Origin: Octopus vulgaris
Lineage: Eukaryota
Direction: 5' to 3'
NCBI GenBank assembly: GCA_951406725.2
Contig: OX597823.1
Location: 36,208,001 to 36,272,000 of the forward strand
DNA length: 64,000 nt
Shown here: piece by piece, positions 37,520 through 49,987 of the stretch
Position numbering within the stretch: position 1 is the stretch's first letter
Layout: each line of letters opens with the position of its first letter
Made by a program: the position numbers and the translations under genes
Notes under the pieces: generated by a model
What the model was told of the DNA's origin: nothing
The model's database searches: none
Seen by the model: only the letters and a program-made list of their open reading frames with translations

Positions 37520-38000
37520 CTTCCTGGCTGCTCTCCCTTGGCTCACTTTAATTACTTCACTTTATTATTATTATTAATAATATCACTACTATTATTATTA
37601 TTATCACTAATAATATCACTACGGCCGACACTAGTTACTGCTGCTGCTGCTGCAATTATTATTATTATTAATGTTCTTGTTGTAGTTTTCGATGTCGTTA
37701 TTGTAGTTGTTCTTATAGGCGTTACTATTGCTATTTATCACAGCTCTTTTTTCCACATCTCACTTCCTCTCTTTTTAACTTTCACCGACAAACCAAATAA
37801 ACCCATACACTTCATGTTTCTCATCACAACCAAATATTACAACTCCTCGCCACCTTAAACTATTTTTATTAATCATTCTTGACACACATCACACCCGGGT
37901 CCACAGACTTTACATCATCCACTTGTGCCTACCTCACCGTTCCGAGTTCAATTTCAACCTCCGATCTACAACGCTTCATTGAATTACTCCAGTAATTAAT
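37520..38000 (-). promoter_or_regulatory. Probable 5' UTR / promoter of the KCTD gene
   Basis: TE-free, CpG-retaining segment just upstream of the ATG with (TAA)n and (GCA)n tracts. The TSS cannot be determined. Confidence 0.45.
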
Positions 38001-39527
38001 CAATCAGCATTGCCCTCTTCCCATTTCAAAAATTTCGTTTTGTCGAATTAAAATAAATCATTATTTCATGTTACTAATAAACATGAAAATATATTCCCCG
38101 AGATAAATACTAATTGTATGACTTTATATCTTGTTAAATTAAATGGAAATGTTAATTCAAACGGTATAAAATTAATCAGCGAAATATGAAATTATTTACT
38201 GTTGATTAGATACTTTTATTTTTTCGATTAAAATTCTTCTAGAACCTGAAATATTAATAATTTCCCACTTCAATTCTGAATGCGTCTGGAATTTGTTTCT
38301 TCTCCTCAGTTCTTACTTCGTTTATTTCCATTTAAGATTATTTATAAATACGTATATCTTATAAATCACTTCATTACCCTCTCTACAATTATTCTTCAGC
38401 ACAATTATTATTTTTCCTTTTATATTCTTTGCGAGAAAAAAAATGGGAATGTTAATTCAAAGAACCATTCTGTTTCTGCGATGTATATGAGGATGGTTAC
38501 TGTTCATAACAGAAATTAAGGTAGTTGTGATTTAATTTTTCTTAATATAACAGAATCTTAATATCTTTCCCCAGAGCAGAAAAATATTCTCCTCAGACAA
38601 AAAAAAATTAATTTTTAGAAGAAAATAAAAACGGTAAAAACAAAATCAGTCAAAAAGACAGTGATGTAGTAAGGGAGATAATCCAGTGGGGTTATGTTCA
38701 CTGTGCTCTTCCTTTGCTTCTTTATGTAATGTGTGTCTGGTGGGTGTATATGTATAAATATATTCGCTTGTATGGCTTACATACACAAGTTAAAAATTAT
38801 ACACTTCCTTCTACTCTTATTACACAAATGATAATGTCAAGATACTGTTTTCATAAACGGTGATGCAACACACAGAAACACATTCAAACGTGTGTGTAAG
38901 CTTATATCAAATTAATATATTCAAAATTATAAACAGTATGATATACAATTATAATAAATTTAATTTCAAATTAATCAATTGACATTTAATTTGTTTATGG
39001 GGATATATTGGATGTGTATATTCTTATGGAATGATTCTGCATTTCATTGAGAATGTGACAAGAATCTTACATTAAAAGATTTGAAAAATACAAATATTTT
39101 TATTTAAAAAGGGGGCGGGGAATTTAATTGGGCTGCTGGGAGGGGACATTATTTTAAAGATATATTTCAATTTTAAATTATTGTTGTGAATTTATTTTAA
39201 TTTTAAAGGAAATATATTTTCCCTTTTTATTTAATTAGTATTAATCCATTATCATCTACATGGGTGAATAAATCATATTTTTTTAAGAACTAGAAGATAG
39301 CAACAATTTATATTAAATTTTTATAATTTGGAGGCAAGCATACTTAATTAAATAAAACCCAAGTACTTAGCAGGAACTGTATTTCATCAGCACTGAAAGA
39401 ATAAACGGCAATATTAACCTTTGCAGAATTTCAGCCCAGAACATAAAGGGCATACTTAAATACCACAAGGAATTTTCTTTGGAGTTCTACTACCCTTCTT
39501 CATTTTAATTATAAATAAAACAACATA

Positions 39528-39689
39528 GGCGCAGGAGTGGCTGTGTGGTAAGTAGCTTGCTAACCAACCACATGGTTCCGGGTTCAGTCCCACTGCGTGG
39601 CACCTTGGGCAAGTGTCTTCTGCTATAGCCCCGGGCCAACCAATGCCTTGTGAGTGGATTTGGTAGACGGAAACTGAAAGAAGCCTGTC

Positions 39690-39739
<50 letters not shown>

Positions 39740-39948
39740 TTGTGTGTATGTGTTTGTCCCCCTAGCATTGCTTGACAACCGATGCTGGTGTGTTTACGTC
39801 CCCGTCACTTAGCGGTTCGGCAAAAGAGACCGATAGAATAAGTACTGGGCTTACAAAGAATAAGTACCGGGGTCGATTTGCTCGACTAAAAGGCGGTGCT
39901 CCAGCATGGCCGCAGTCAAATGACTGAAACAAGTAAAAGAGTAAAGAG
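39528..39948 (+). mobile_element. Full-length SINE family A (tRNA-derived, central TA/TG microsatellite)
   Basis: A box TGGCTGTGTGG, B box GGTTCAGTCCC, and tail gtaaaagagtaaagagtaa. Near-identical to 63345-63720. Confidence 0.9.
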
Positions 39949-39969
39949 TAACAACACTAACAATGATTT

Positions 39970-40495
39970 CCAATTTTGGCACAAGGACAGCAGTTTTAGA
40001 GGAGTGGGATTAAGTCAATTACATCGATCCAAGTGTTCAACTAATACATATTTTATTTATTTGAGAAGGACGAAAGGCAAAGTTGACCTTAGCAGAATTT
40101 GAACTCAGAGTATAAAGATTCAGAAGAAATGCTGCTAAGCATTTTGTCCAGCATGCTTGATTCTGCCAGCTTGCCACCTTATAAAAAAATAATAATAATG
40201 AAATTATTGTATACAGTGCTCAGGTGCACCACAACTTGTCAGAAAGTGCATATAAAGTGTATGCAGTAATGTACAAATGTCTGGAAAGCGAACAATGTAA
40301 TGATAACACCACAAATAATCCTTATTTTGGTATAAGGCCAACAATTTTAAGGGGTGGGGAAGTTGATTACATCAACCCCAGTAAGGAGGAAAGGCAAAGT
40401 CAATCTCAGCTGAATTTGAACTCAGAATGAAAAGACAAATGAAATGTTGCTAAACATTTTGTCTAGCATGCTAACAATCGTGCCATCTCACCACT
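39970..40495 (-). mobile_element. Two SINE family B copies (39970-40180, 40320-40495)
   Basis: Both contain aaaggcaaagt...gaatttgaactcaga...gctaa(g/a)cattttgtc. Confidence 0.7.
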
Positions 40496-40497
<2 letters not shown>

Positions 40498-40571
<74 letters not shown>

Positions 40572-40606
40572 TAATAATAATGATAATAATAATAATAATA
40601 ATAATA
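40498..40606. repeat. (AAT)n microsatellite, ~36 units
   Basis: Directly visible. It resumes at 41566-41610 on the far side of an RTE insertion. Confidence 0.95.
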
Positions 40607-41565
40607 ATCATCATCATCACCGTTTAACGTCCGTTCTCCATGCTAGCATGGGTTGGACGGTTCGACCGGGGATTTGGGAAGCCAGAAGGCTGCACCAGGC
40701 TCCAGTCTTATCTGGCAATGTTTCTACAGCTGGATGCCCTTCCTAACGCCAACCACTCTGTGAGTGTAGTGGGTGCTTTTTACGTACCACCTGCACAGGT
40801 GCCAGGCGAGGCTGGCATCGGCCATGGTCGGATTGGTGCATTTTACGTGCCACCGGCACGGAAGCCAGTCGAGGCGGCACTGGCTTCGGCCACGATTCGG
40901 ATGGTGCTTTTTACGTGCCACCAGTCCAGGGGTCCTGGCATCTGCCGGGTGCCAGTCATAGGATTGGTTCAATTTCGATTTCGATTTCACTTGCCCCAAC
41001 AGGTCTTCACAAGCAAAGGGGGGTTGGCATGGGTGCCTGTCGTCGGATGAGGTTCGATATCGACTTCGCTTGCCTCAACAGGTCTTTGTGTGTCGAAGGG
41101 AGGAAAGGCATGCATAAGTGGGCTGGACTCACTTGTCCTACCTGGTCTTCTCACGTACAGCATATTTCCAAAGGTCTTGGTTGCTGGTCATTTCCTCAGT
41201 GAGGCCTAAAGTTCAAAGGTCGTGCTTCACCACCTCGTCCCAGGTTTTCCTGAGTCTACCTTTTCCACGGGTTCCCTCCACTGCTAGGGATTGGCACTTT
41301 TTCACACACCTATCTTCATCCATTCTCGCCACATGACTATACCAGCGCAATCGTCTCTCTTGCACACCACAACTGATGCTTCTTAGGTCCAACATTTATC
41401 TCAAGGTACTAACGCTCTGTCAAGTATGCACACTGACATTACACATCCATCGGAGCATACTGGTTTCATTCCTCGTGAGCTTACGCATGTCCTCAGCAGT
41501 CACGGCCCATGTTTCACTGCCATGTAGCATGGCTGTTCGTACACATGCATCATACAGTCTGCCTT
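40607..41565 (-). mobile_element. 5'-truncated RTE LINE (ORF end + complete 3' UTR + (ATG)n tail)
   Basis: GRLYDACVRTAMLHGSETWAV and RRLRWYSHVARMD...GRLRKTWDEVV, then the 3' UTR with ~62-bp units. Confidence 0.9.
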
Positions 41566-42329
41566 GATAAAAATAATAATAATAATAACAATAATAATAA
41601 TAATAATAACTAGCAGAGATACCCATTGTTGACTTGCTTCAGAAAGAACCTTCAAAAATTATACCCTGTTTTATGAAAGTCACTACTTTGATATTATTGA
41701 ATGTTTTGTAGTGGAATATCTGCAAGCTTTGGCCCAGATAGTTATAGTATAATCTAATATACTATTGAACTCAATACATGTTTATCCTAATAAAAATATT
41801 GTTCCCAATCATGTAGATTCTTATAACTGAAAAGAAAGGAATGCTCGTTTTTGTGTAAAAGAGGTTCTTCTATTAACCGTATATAATTATGGTTGCATAC
41901 AAACTTCTTATTCTTTATCTGTATTCTGATTTATAAATTGAAGCAACCATTGCATAGACTGCAGCTTTTGCATATAGAATGCTAGTAAATAAAAGCTTTC
42001 AGGAAAATTATAAAGACATACATATTGCAATGTTTACTCAAGAATCACAACAAACACTACCAATTAAATATATATTATCATGGTAATGTAACATCTTCAT
42101 TATAACTATTTATGATGCTTAACAAATCAAATATGATGCTGGCAAACTTTATACCAAGGACACGGTTGCATAAAGATATAAATAGGTTTTTATAAATAAA
42201 GAAAGTAAAGCAATTAGAAATGAAAAATGAGAAATAATTAAAAGTCTGAAACATGACGATATATGAAGAATTTCAGGAAAAAAAAAATTATATAGGTTAT
42301 AATAGATTTCCAATATAATAATGGAATCT

Positions 42330-42612
42330 TCATCATCATCATCATCACCATTGTTAACGTCCACTTTCCATACTAGCATGGGTTGGACGATTTGACTGAG
42401 GTCTGGCAAACCAGACTCCAATCTGATCTGGCAGAGTTTCTACAGCTGGATGCCCTTCCTAACACCAACCACTCCGACAGTGTAGTGGGTGCTTTTATGT
42501 GCCACCAGCACGAGGGCCAGTTAGGTGGTACTGGCAACAGCCATGCTCAAATGGTGCTTTTTATGTGCCACCTGCACAGGAGCCAGTCCAGCGGCACTGG
42601 CAATGACCTTGA
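42330..42612 (-). mobile_element. RTE 3'-UTR fragment
   Basis: Matches 40610-40900. Confidence 0.8.
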
Positions 42613-42789
42613 TTTTACTAATGAGTTACTCATAACCTTAAAGATTATACAAAAAAATTCTATTACATGTAAAAAAAAAAAATGACATAGAAGTGGCTTT
42701 TCATATTATCAGGGTTTGACATTGAGAATCTCATTAGAAATATATTGAACAATGTACAATTATTAGTTTGTTAATCGCTCAGAAAAATA

Positions 42790-44890
42790 CTTCCTTATAG
42801 ACAATATTTCAAATTTTACTATTAGGGTTGAATGTGAAAAGGTTTTTCTTACTCCCTACTCTAGAAGCACCAACATATAGCTGTCCATGTGAAAAACAAT
42901 CCTCTTCTAAATGCAAACCAGCAACTTGTAGTGTCTGACCTTGTGACTTATTGATAGACATTGCAAAAGACAAATGTATGGGAAACTGAAGTCGTTTGAA
43001 CTCGAAGGGCATGTTGGAAGGTATTAAAGGAATTCAAGGGATAAAAGCATCTTCGCCTTTTCCACAGCCAGAAATTATTGTGGCCTCTATAACATTAATT
43101 TCTTGACGAGTCTCGTTACCATTGCATAACTTTGGTTGTGAAAGAAAGCATGACCGGAGCACCTGTTGACTTGAGGGAATTAGAAAATTCTGCTGAATAA
43201 TTAACTAATTCTGATTCATCTATGACAGAGTCTATGGATTTATAATTATGCTCAATTCCTGGCAACTTTTTCACAAGTCTATCATTCAAACTATTCACTG
43301 CAATATTTTGGTGCCATAATTGCCCTTTCACACAATCAAGCAAGATTTTTAAAATTTGAAATTCATCTGGGAAAAAAATTGTCAGTTAGTTCTTCAACCG
43401 AGTTAACCAAGGTGGATATTTTTGATAAATTCAATTCACCTTTTTCATTCATATTCAATCTTCCTTCTCCAAGTTGCAATAGGATATTAGCATATTGTCA
43501 AGACAGAAGATCCCTATGTGAATGTGCTCTCATCTTTGTAGAAAGTTTTAAACATTGGGCATGTTTCCATAATACAGAGGATTTCAGGCATGCTTTCAAT
43601 TCATCTGTCTTAGTTCTCCTGGGGATAACTGGCAAAGTTTGCCTAAAATCACCTGAAAGCAGTACAGTCATACCTCCCATCAAACAGTTTGAATTATGCA
43701 AATCCTGCAGTGTTCTATTAACAGCTTCTAGAGCTTTTTATGACACATTGTAACCTCGTCCCACACAATCAAAGAACATTTTTGTAGAACTTCAGCAATA
43801 CCAGAATGCTTACTTATATTGCAAACAGGTTTATCAGTTGTACTCAGATTCAATGGAAACTTCAATGATGCATGAGCAGTTCGACCTCCAGGGAGGGAAG
43901 TTGCAGCAATTCCAGAACTTACCACATCTAAGACTATACCCTTTCTCTGCCTAATGTTGGTCAGCAATAAATTTGTGACAAAAGTTTTCCCAGTTCTTCC
44001 TGATGCATCTAAAAAATATAATCCTCCTTTCTTATTGGTCACTTGTTCAATGACTGTTGTATGTGCAACTTGTTGGTCTGGCAAAAGTTTCGGCGTGTTT
44101 TCATTCATGAATCTGGTCAGCGAATCAATATCATATTTGTAAGTATTGGGAATCCTCATGCGGTAATGGCAACAATCTTCCAATTCTATGATGAATTTGA
44201 CCTTGAATTTTGAATGTAGTAATAAACCCTCTTTCGCTTACAATATTTGCAGTAAAGGATGTCATTATGAATGCATTATTGTAATGCTGTATATTTTGCA
44301 AAAAGTGTTTTGATTTTGGATTTGAGCCCAATAGGAGATCTTTTAATGGTTGTGGTGGATCAGCAAGAAGTGGTAATTGGATTTTTCCATTACAACAACA
44401 CATACATGGAGGTTCATGGATCCATTTCTTAGTATCACAGTAATCACATATTAATGACGTGGATCCCATAGTAACAATGTCTTGTGAATTATATGCATAA
44501 TTAGGTTTATAATTAAATGCAGCCATTTTCAGTTGTAAAAGGAGGTAGTCTAAATTCTTGATGCCTTAATCTGTCTGTTATCCTCTTAGTGTTGAGCCCG
44601 TCCTGAGTTACAAGTTGCCTGGTTGTGGCAGTCCGTCAAGTATTCATTCTCACTTTCCTTCCTCTTACTTCTGGAGTTTCAGACTGTCTTGCTGCTGCAG
44701 TTCATTGGGCATTTAATCTTCATCTTCTTTCTGCTTGTTCTTGACTTTGTGAGGCTCGTAAGGCTGCATGCCTTTCAGCATCTACTTTCAGTCTGTTGGT
44801 CTGCTGATAGTCCGTCTCTTCAGCTCTTTCTCTTTTCCCTTGCTGAGATTGCTTAGATAGCCCAAATCTAATTTTTTTAGAGGCATTGTC
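42790..44890 (-). mobile_element. Helitron RepHel remnant (N-terminal Cys-rich region + PIF1 helicase, Rep core deleted)
   Basis: CDYC...CCCNGKI...NIQHYNNAF.MTSF...FKIQGQIHH is the Helitron N region. Helicase motifs: FLDASGRTGKTF, SSGIAAT.LPGGRTAH, IVWDE, SGDFRQTLPV and FAMSINKSQGQT...FSHGQLYVGASRV. Confidence 0.9.
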
Positions 44891-45282
44891 GTAGGGTGAA
44901 TTAATCTATATTTTCAACATTCAGCAGGGCCAAGCAGAGATGTGAAAGATATGGAAAAGATCTGATAAAATGATGGAATAGTTTTATGATTTAAATTTCA
45001 TCAATATTGGAGCTATTTGAATATCAGAGCTACTCGACTATTCTCATTATAGACTTTGCAACATAATTTTATGCATTAGAAAAGGAATATTTTAATAAGC
45101 AAAATATACTTAGTTTACCATATCACCGTCAATTCAAATACCTGTCTCATTAGTTGAGCATATACCAGTACAACAATCAACACTGAGTAGCTCTGTGTTT
45201 ATCTAAAGAATATATCATTTTATAAAAAAGCTGTTTTTATCCATGTTTGACTTAATTTTGTCATGTTTCACCTATATGCTAG

Positions 45283-45338
<56 letters not shown>

Positions 45339-45340
<2 letters not shown>

Positions 45341-45469
45341 AGGTGTCCCAAAAAAATGTATACACATAGTGGTTCGGAAAAAGAGAACGATAGAATAAGT
45401 ACTAGGCTTACAAAGAATAACAAATTTACAATTATTTAAGGTGTGTATACATTTTTTGGGGACACCCTG
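45339..45469. mobile_element. Tc1-type MITE (131 bp) in (TA)n
   Basis: TA|CAAGGTGTCCCAAAAAAATGTATACACA ... TGTGTATACATTTTTTGGGGACACCCTG|TA, with ~28-bp TIRs. Confidence 0.85.
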
Positions 45470-45479
45470 TATATATATA

Positions 45480-46114
45480 TCATCATCATCATTCATTTAG
45501 TGTCCGTTTTCCATGCTAGCATGGGTTGGACGGTTCAACTGGGGTCTGGGGAGCCCGAAGGCTGCACCAGGCCAGTCAGATCTGGCAGTGTTTCTACAGC
45601 TGGATGCCCTTCCTAATGCCAACCACTCCGAGAGTGTAGTGGGTGATTTTATGTGCCACCGACACAGGTGCCAGACGAGGCTGGCAGACGGCCACGCTCG
45701 GATGGTGTTTTTATGTGCCACCGACACAGGTGCCAGATGAGGCTGGCGAACGGCCACGATCGGATGGTGTTTGTTACGTGCCTGCAGCACGGAGGCCAGT
45801 CGATGCGGTACTGGCTACGGCCACGTTCGGATGGTTTTCTTGTGTGCCACCGGCACTGGTACCACAAAGATACAAATTCCATTGATGTTCATCTATTTTG
45901 ATTTGTTTTGATTGATTTTCACTTGCCTCAACAGGTCTTCACAAGTGTCACAAGAAGGAAGGTATGCACAGGTGGACTAACTACGTTCCAGGTAGGGGCC
46001 ACGGGTTATGGCCTGACTAGTCTTGCCGGGTCTTCGGATGGTGTTTTTATGTGCCACCGACACAGGTGCCAGATGAGGCTGGCGAAACGGCCACGATCGG
46101 ATGGTGTTTGTTAC
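45480..46114 (-). mobile_element. RTE 3'-UTR fragment with ~62-bp tandem units
   Basis: Matches 40607-41150. One unit is repeated again at 46036-46114. Confidence 0.85.
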
Positions 46115-47079
46115 TTATATTTATAAAATTATATATTCTTTAGACACAGAGCTACTCACTGCTGATTGTTGGATTGTTATACACTCAACTGATGAGACAG
46201 GTGTTTGAACTGACTGTGATATGGTAAACTATGTTTTGCTTATTAAAATATTCCTTTTCTAATGTATAAAATTACGCTATAAAGTCTATAATGAGATATG
46301 CATTGTTGAAGTTTTGTAGTACACTTATTCCAAGAACACATACTTAAATTTTATGTATCTTCCATGAAAAGTGGATGTATTTGCACTTTCAAAGGGGCTC
46401 TGTCCCTTGATATAAACCCCATTAGGTGGGGTTAAATAGTATTGTAAGATGGTGAAATTTTGGAAATTGTCTTTATTTAGTAGTTATGTTGTTATTTTCA
46501 TTGAAATAGGAGGTATTTAAAATTTCAGAGGGGGTGTCTGCCCCCTTGAAGCCCCTTATCGCAATGGAAAGTAAATTTCATGTAGCTCATCATCTTTCTC
46601 ATAAAATTTTACATGCGAACACATACTTTGTTTTTATGTATCTTCTATTCCCTTTTGTCCTATAGATGTACAAATACACAGATGTTGAGCTTTATCATAT
46701 AAGATGATGATGAGGATGAGGATGAGGATGATGATGATGATGACGATGATGATGATGACAAGGATCCAAGGGCACCAAGAACCACCTAGACAATGAAGAA
46801 CTGCAAACAATACCAAAAACACTTGCTTTAAGACAGCTTATGACATGTTGCTGCATTTGTTGTTTCTGGGAACACTCAGCATGTGTGGAATAGCTTAGAA
46901 TGTGTGTGCACTGATTAAGAACAGCATGCCTAATTGGAAAATGTCTTTTCTGTAACAACCAGCATTTTGCTGAGGCAACAATCAAAAGAGGCATCTTCCA
47001 GGGAGATTCTTGTTCACCTTTGTTATTTGTTATAGCCTTGATCCCACTTTCTATAGTTTTATGCAAAGTCAATATGTAC

Positions 47080-48586
47080 TATGAGCTGAGAAAGAATGAA
47101 CCTTGTCTCAACCACCTTCTCTTTGCAAATGATACAAAACTGTTCACATAAACAGAGCCTGAAATAGAGAGGCTGGTTGAGACTGCGCAGATGTGTAGCA
47201 AGGTTATAGGGATGGTATATGGTATCTCAAAGTGTGCAGTGCTCACTTTGAAACAGGGGCAAAGACAAGATTGTAGGAGCATAGAATTGCCAAACAGAGA
47301 GTGAATGGAAGACCTGGATGATGATGACTACAAGTACCTTGAGATCCTGGAGCTGGATAATATCTTGCAAAGAGAAGTGAAAGACAAGGTCACCACTGCA
47401 TATTTGAAGTGCCTCAAACTTCTCTTAAAGTCAAAACTCAATGCAAGGAACCTTGTGACTGCCATCAACATATGGGCTGTTGCTGTTGTCCACTATAGTG
47501 CAGCCATTCTGAAATGGACACGAGTGGAGATTAACCAACTCAGTTGCACTACCTGAAAGACAATGACAATGCATGGTGTCCTCCACCCTAAGGCAAATGT
47601 ACACAGGCTCTACATGAAGAGGAGTAAAGGTGGATATGGCTAATTGACATACGGGAGTGCATCAGCAGTAAAGAAGAAACATAGCAGAGTATTTGGTAAA
47701 CAGCAAGCAATACCTGCTACAGTATACTGCTTATGCAGAAGGATTTACCAATAATGAATTTGAGAGTGCTAATAAATTCCAATCATGACTAGCCAACAAG
47801 AGAGAAGAAACTACTCCACATAGAATTACATGGTCAATTCCACTGTGAAACTAACAACTTAAAGACCAGGAAGCATCATGGAGGTGGCTCAGCAAGGGTG
47901 ACCTTAAAAGGAGAACTGAAAGTCTAATCCTCACTGCCCAGGATCAGGCATCGAATACCAACTCAGCAAAAAGGGATATGTACCACACAAGTGCAATTAA
48001 TTTCTGCAAAATGTGTGGGAAGAGGGTCGAAAGTGTGACTCACATTGTTAGTGCTTGTGAAAGTCTTACACAGAAAGAGCGCAAGCATGGACACAAGGTA
48101 GCCCAAAACCTTCACTGGCTACTATGCTGAAAGTATGGATATGAGGTAATGGGTTCTTGGTACCAACATACACTAGAAAAGTAATGGATGAAAAGGGGAA
48201 AGCAAAGATCCTTTGGGACTTTGACGTCTAGACAAACAAGGTGTTAGAGCAACAAAGGCCAGATATAATAGCCTTTAGGAGGGACAGATAAGAGTGCCTA
48301 ATAATCGATATGGCAGATTGTGGGGTTGCAGAAAAAGTAAGGTTGTACCAATTGCCATTGGAGCCTTAGGAACAACAGGGAAGAGTCTGAAGGAATGAGA
48401 CAGAAAAGATTGGCTTGCAAAAAGATATAGAAGACATGCAACTGGCCTGCTTATTAGGATCGGCGATGATCATTCAAAAGTACTTGGATGGTTGAGGTCA
48501 CAGTTGGTGACTTGTTATCTAAAAGTAAACCCACCTAAATTCCATTATAGGGGTGAGATACAAGAAATTTTTAAATAAATAATAAT
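47080..48586 (+). mobile_element. R4/Dong-clade LINE, 5'-truncated (second family)
   Basis: NHLLFANDTKLF, YKYL, AINIWAVAVVHYSA, LHPKANVHRLY, LTAQDQA, CKMC...VESVTHIVSAC, ILWDF...RPDI (RLE). Ends in taaataataatt. Confidence 0.88.
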
Positions 48587-49987
48587 TCTATCTTGAATTC
48601 ATTTTATAGGGAACAAGAAGATTTAGAAGCATGAATCATATGATGGCTTGATACTGATTGGTTGTTTAATAGATCTATCATGTGAGACCACTATGGTTTG
48701 ATTGTGATGCATGACTGGTCACCTAGTGGTTTGGTTTCAAATCACTGCTACAGTATCTTTACTTTGATCTTGAGCAGAGCATTGGTTAGTATGTAATAGA
48801 CAGTCTTAGATATTGACTTGTGTTCCTGAGTAGGTTAATACCTTCTACTGTGGGAAGTTAGTCCTGCCTTACTGTGAGCTATGAGTCCACAAGAACCACA
48901 AACAAAATTATTTGTAGCAGGCTCTCATCAGGACTTTGCTTTAGATTTGCATGAAGTCACTCATGTTTCTATCTACTCACATCCAACCATTTCAAACTAG
49001 TGAAACATGTTGTTTTCCATTAGTTGCACTTCTCATCAAAGTTTTTCCAGAACTTGAGATCAATATTACAATACTTGAAGTTACCTTTAAGCTTATCATC
49101 TACTACATATGTGGGAAATTCTGTCTGTGGAGTTGTTAGCTAACTCCTCCTACACCGTTTCATTGATTTTGATGAAACTTGACACATGAGTAGAACTCAT
49201 GTTTGGAAACCACATGGGATACTCAGATTGTTGAAAAAAAAATCGATAATAGGGCCCCTGGAAGGGATCCTTATATATATCTAATATATTTTATTTTAAA
49301 GACCTAGGGAAATAACCCATTAGCCCATGGAAGGGATCTTTATATATAGCCAAGGGAAAAACCCATTCATTTTCTTAAATTATTTGGTAAAAATGAAATT
49401 GAGTGTGCTTATTTCTTAGTATTTAAACTGTTAGAGTTATTTTTGAATTTATCATAACAATAGATTCACTTATTTTGGTTAGTGACTTATTCATGAATAT
49501 ACCAACACTAGCGTCCCTGAGGGTAATATTCTCTGGGAATGCACAAAGCTCTTTCCAGAGTTATTTACTTTGAATTATTATCTTGTATATGATTAGTCTG
49601 TTATTATGTAACATGCTTCATGATTTTAGTATACATACCTTATTAGTATTTCATCCTATGTTCTATATACTCTGGGAATGCATTAAATCCCTTTTCAGGG
49701 CTACTTTATTTTAATTCTTACTATTGGGTAACTAATTTCATTAGTAAATTACTATTTTTAAATCTCACAACGAGAGATCTTCAGCAACAGTACTTTGTAG
49801 TAAAACATGGCAGTCCTGGTTTAGGATGAATGTCACTGTAAGTTAGGTGATATTGTCTGCAGCTGGCTATATGACACGATCTGTGTCCTTATATTTTTGA
49901 ACAAGGGAATCTAGTACCCCCACTCAGCTCAAAACAATATCTTTGTATCATAATTTCTGGGTTATTTCTCTTCACCAGCACAGAATA

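Larger units (their letters stand above)
45042..46296. repeat. ~180-bp inverted repeat arms (45042-45226 / 46120-46296) enclosing nested insertions
   Basis: tctcattatagacttt...ctaaagaatatatcattttataaa is the reverse complement of tttataaaattatatattctttag...aaagtctataatgaga, with scattered mismatches. Confidence 0.85.

Noticed and set aside
37145-37546. 133-aa single-exon ORF
   Set aside because: Only 37519-37319 is coding. The rest is read-through past a GTAAGA donor into microsatellite, and the listed start is a GTG.
40444-40746. Poly-Asn ORF and other low-complexity ORFs (YIYI, CVCV, LLLL; e.g. 36447, 37538, 57487, 63093)
   Set aside because: These are translations of microsatellites with no splice or homology support.
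42809-44183. Host PIF1 helicase gene
   Set aside because: Intronless, broken by stops and frameshifts, and fused to Helitron-specific N-terminal sequence.
49100-49400. Possible DINE/Helentron-like non-autonomous element (ctgtctgt...gattttgatgaaacttg)
   Set aside because: Only a weak motif resemblance, with no definable ends or second copy in the window.
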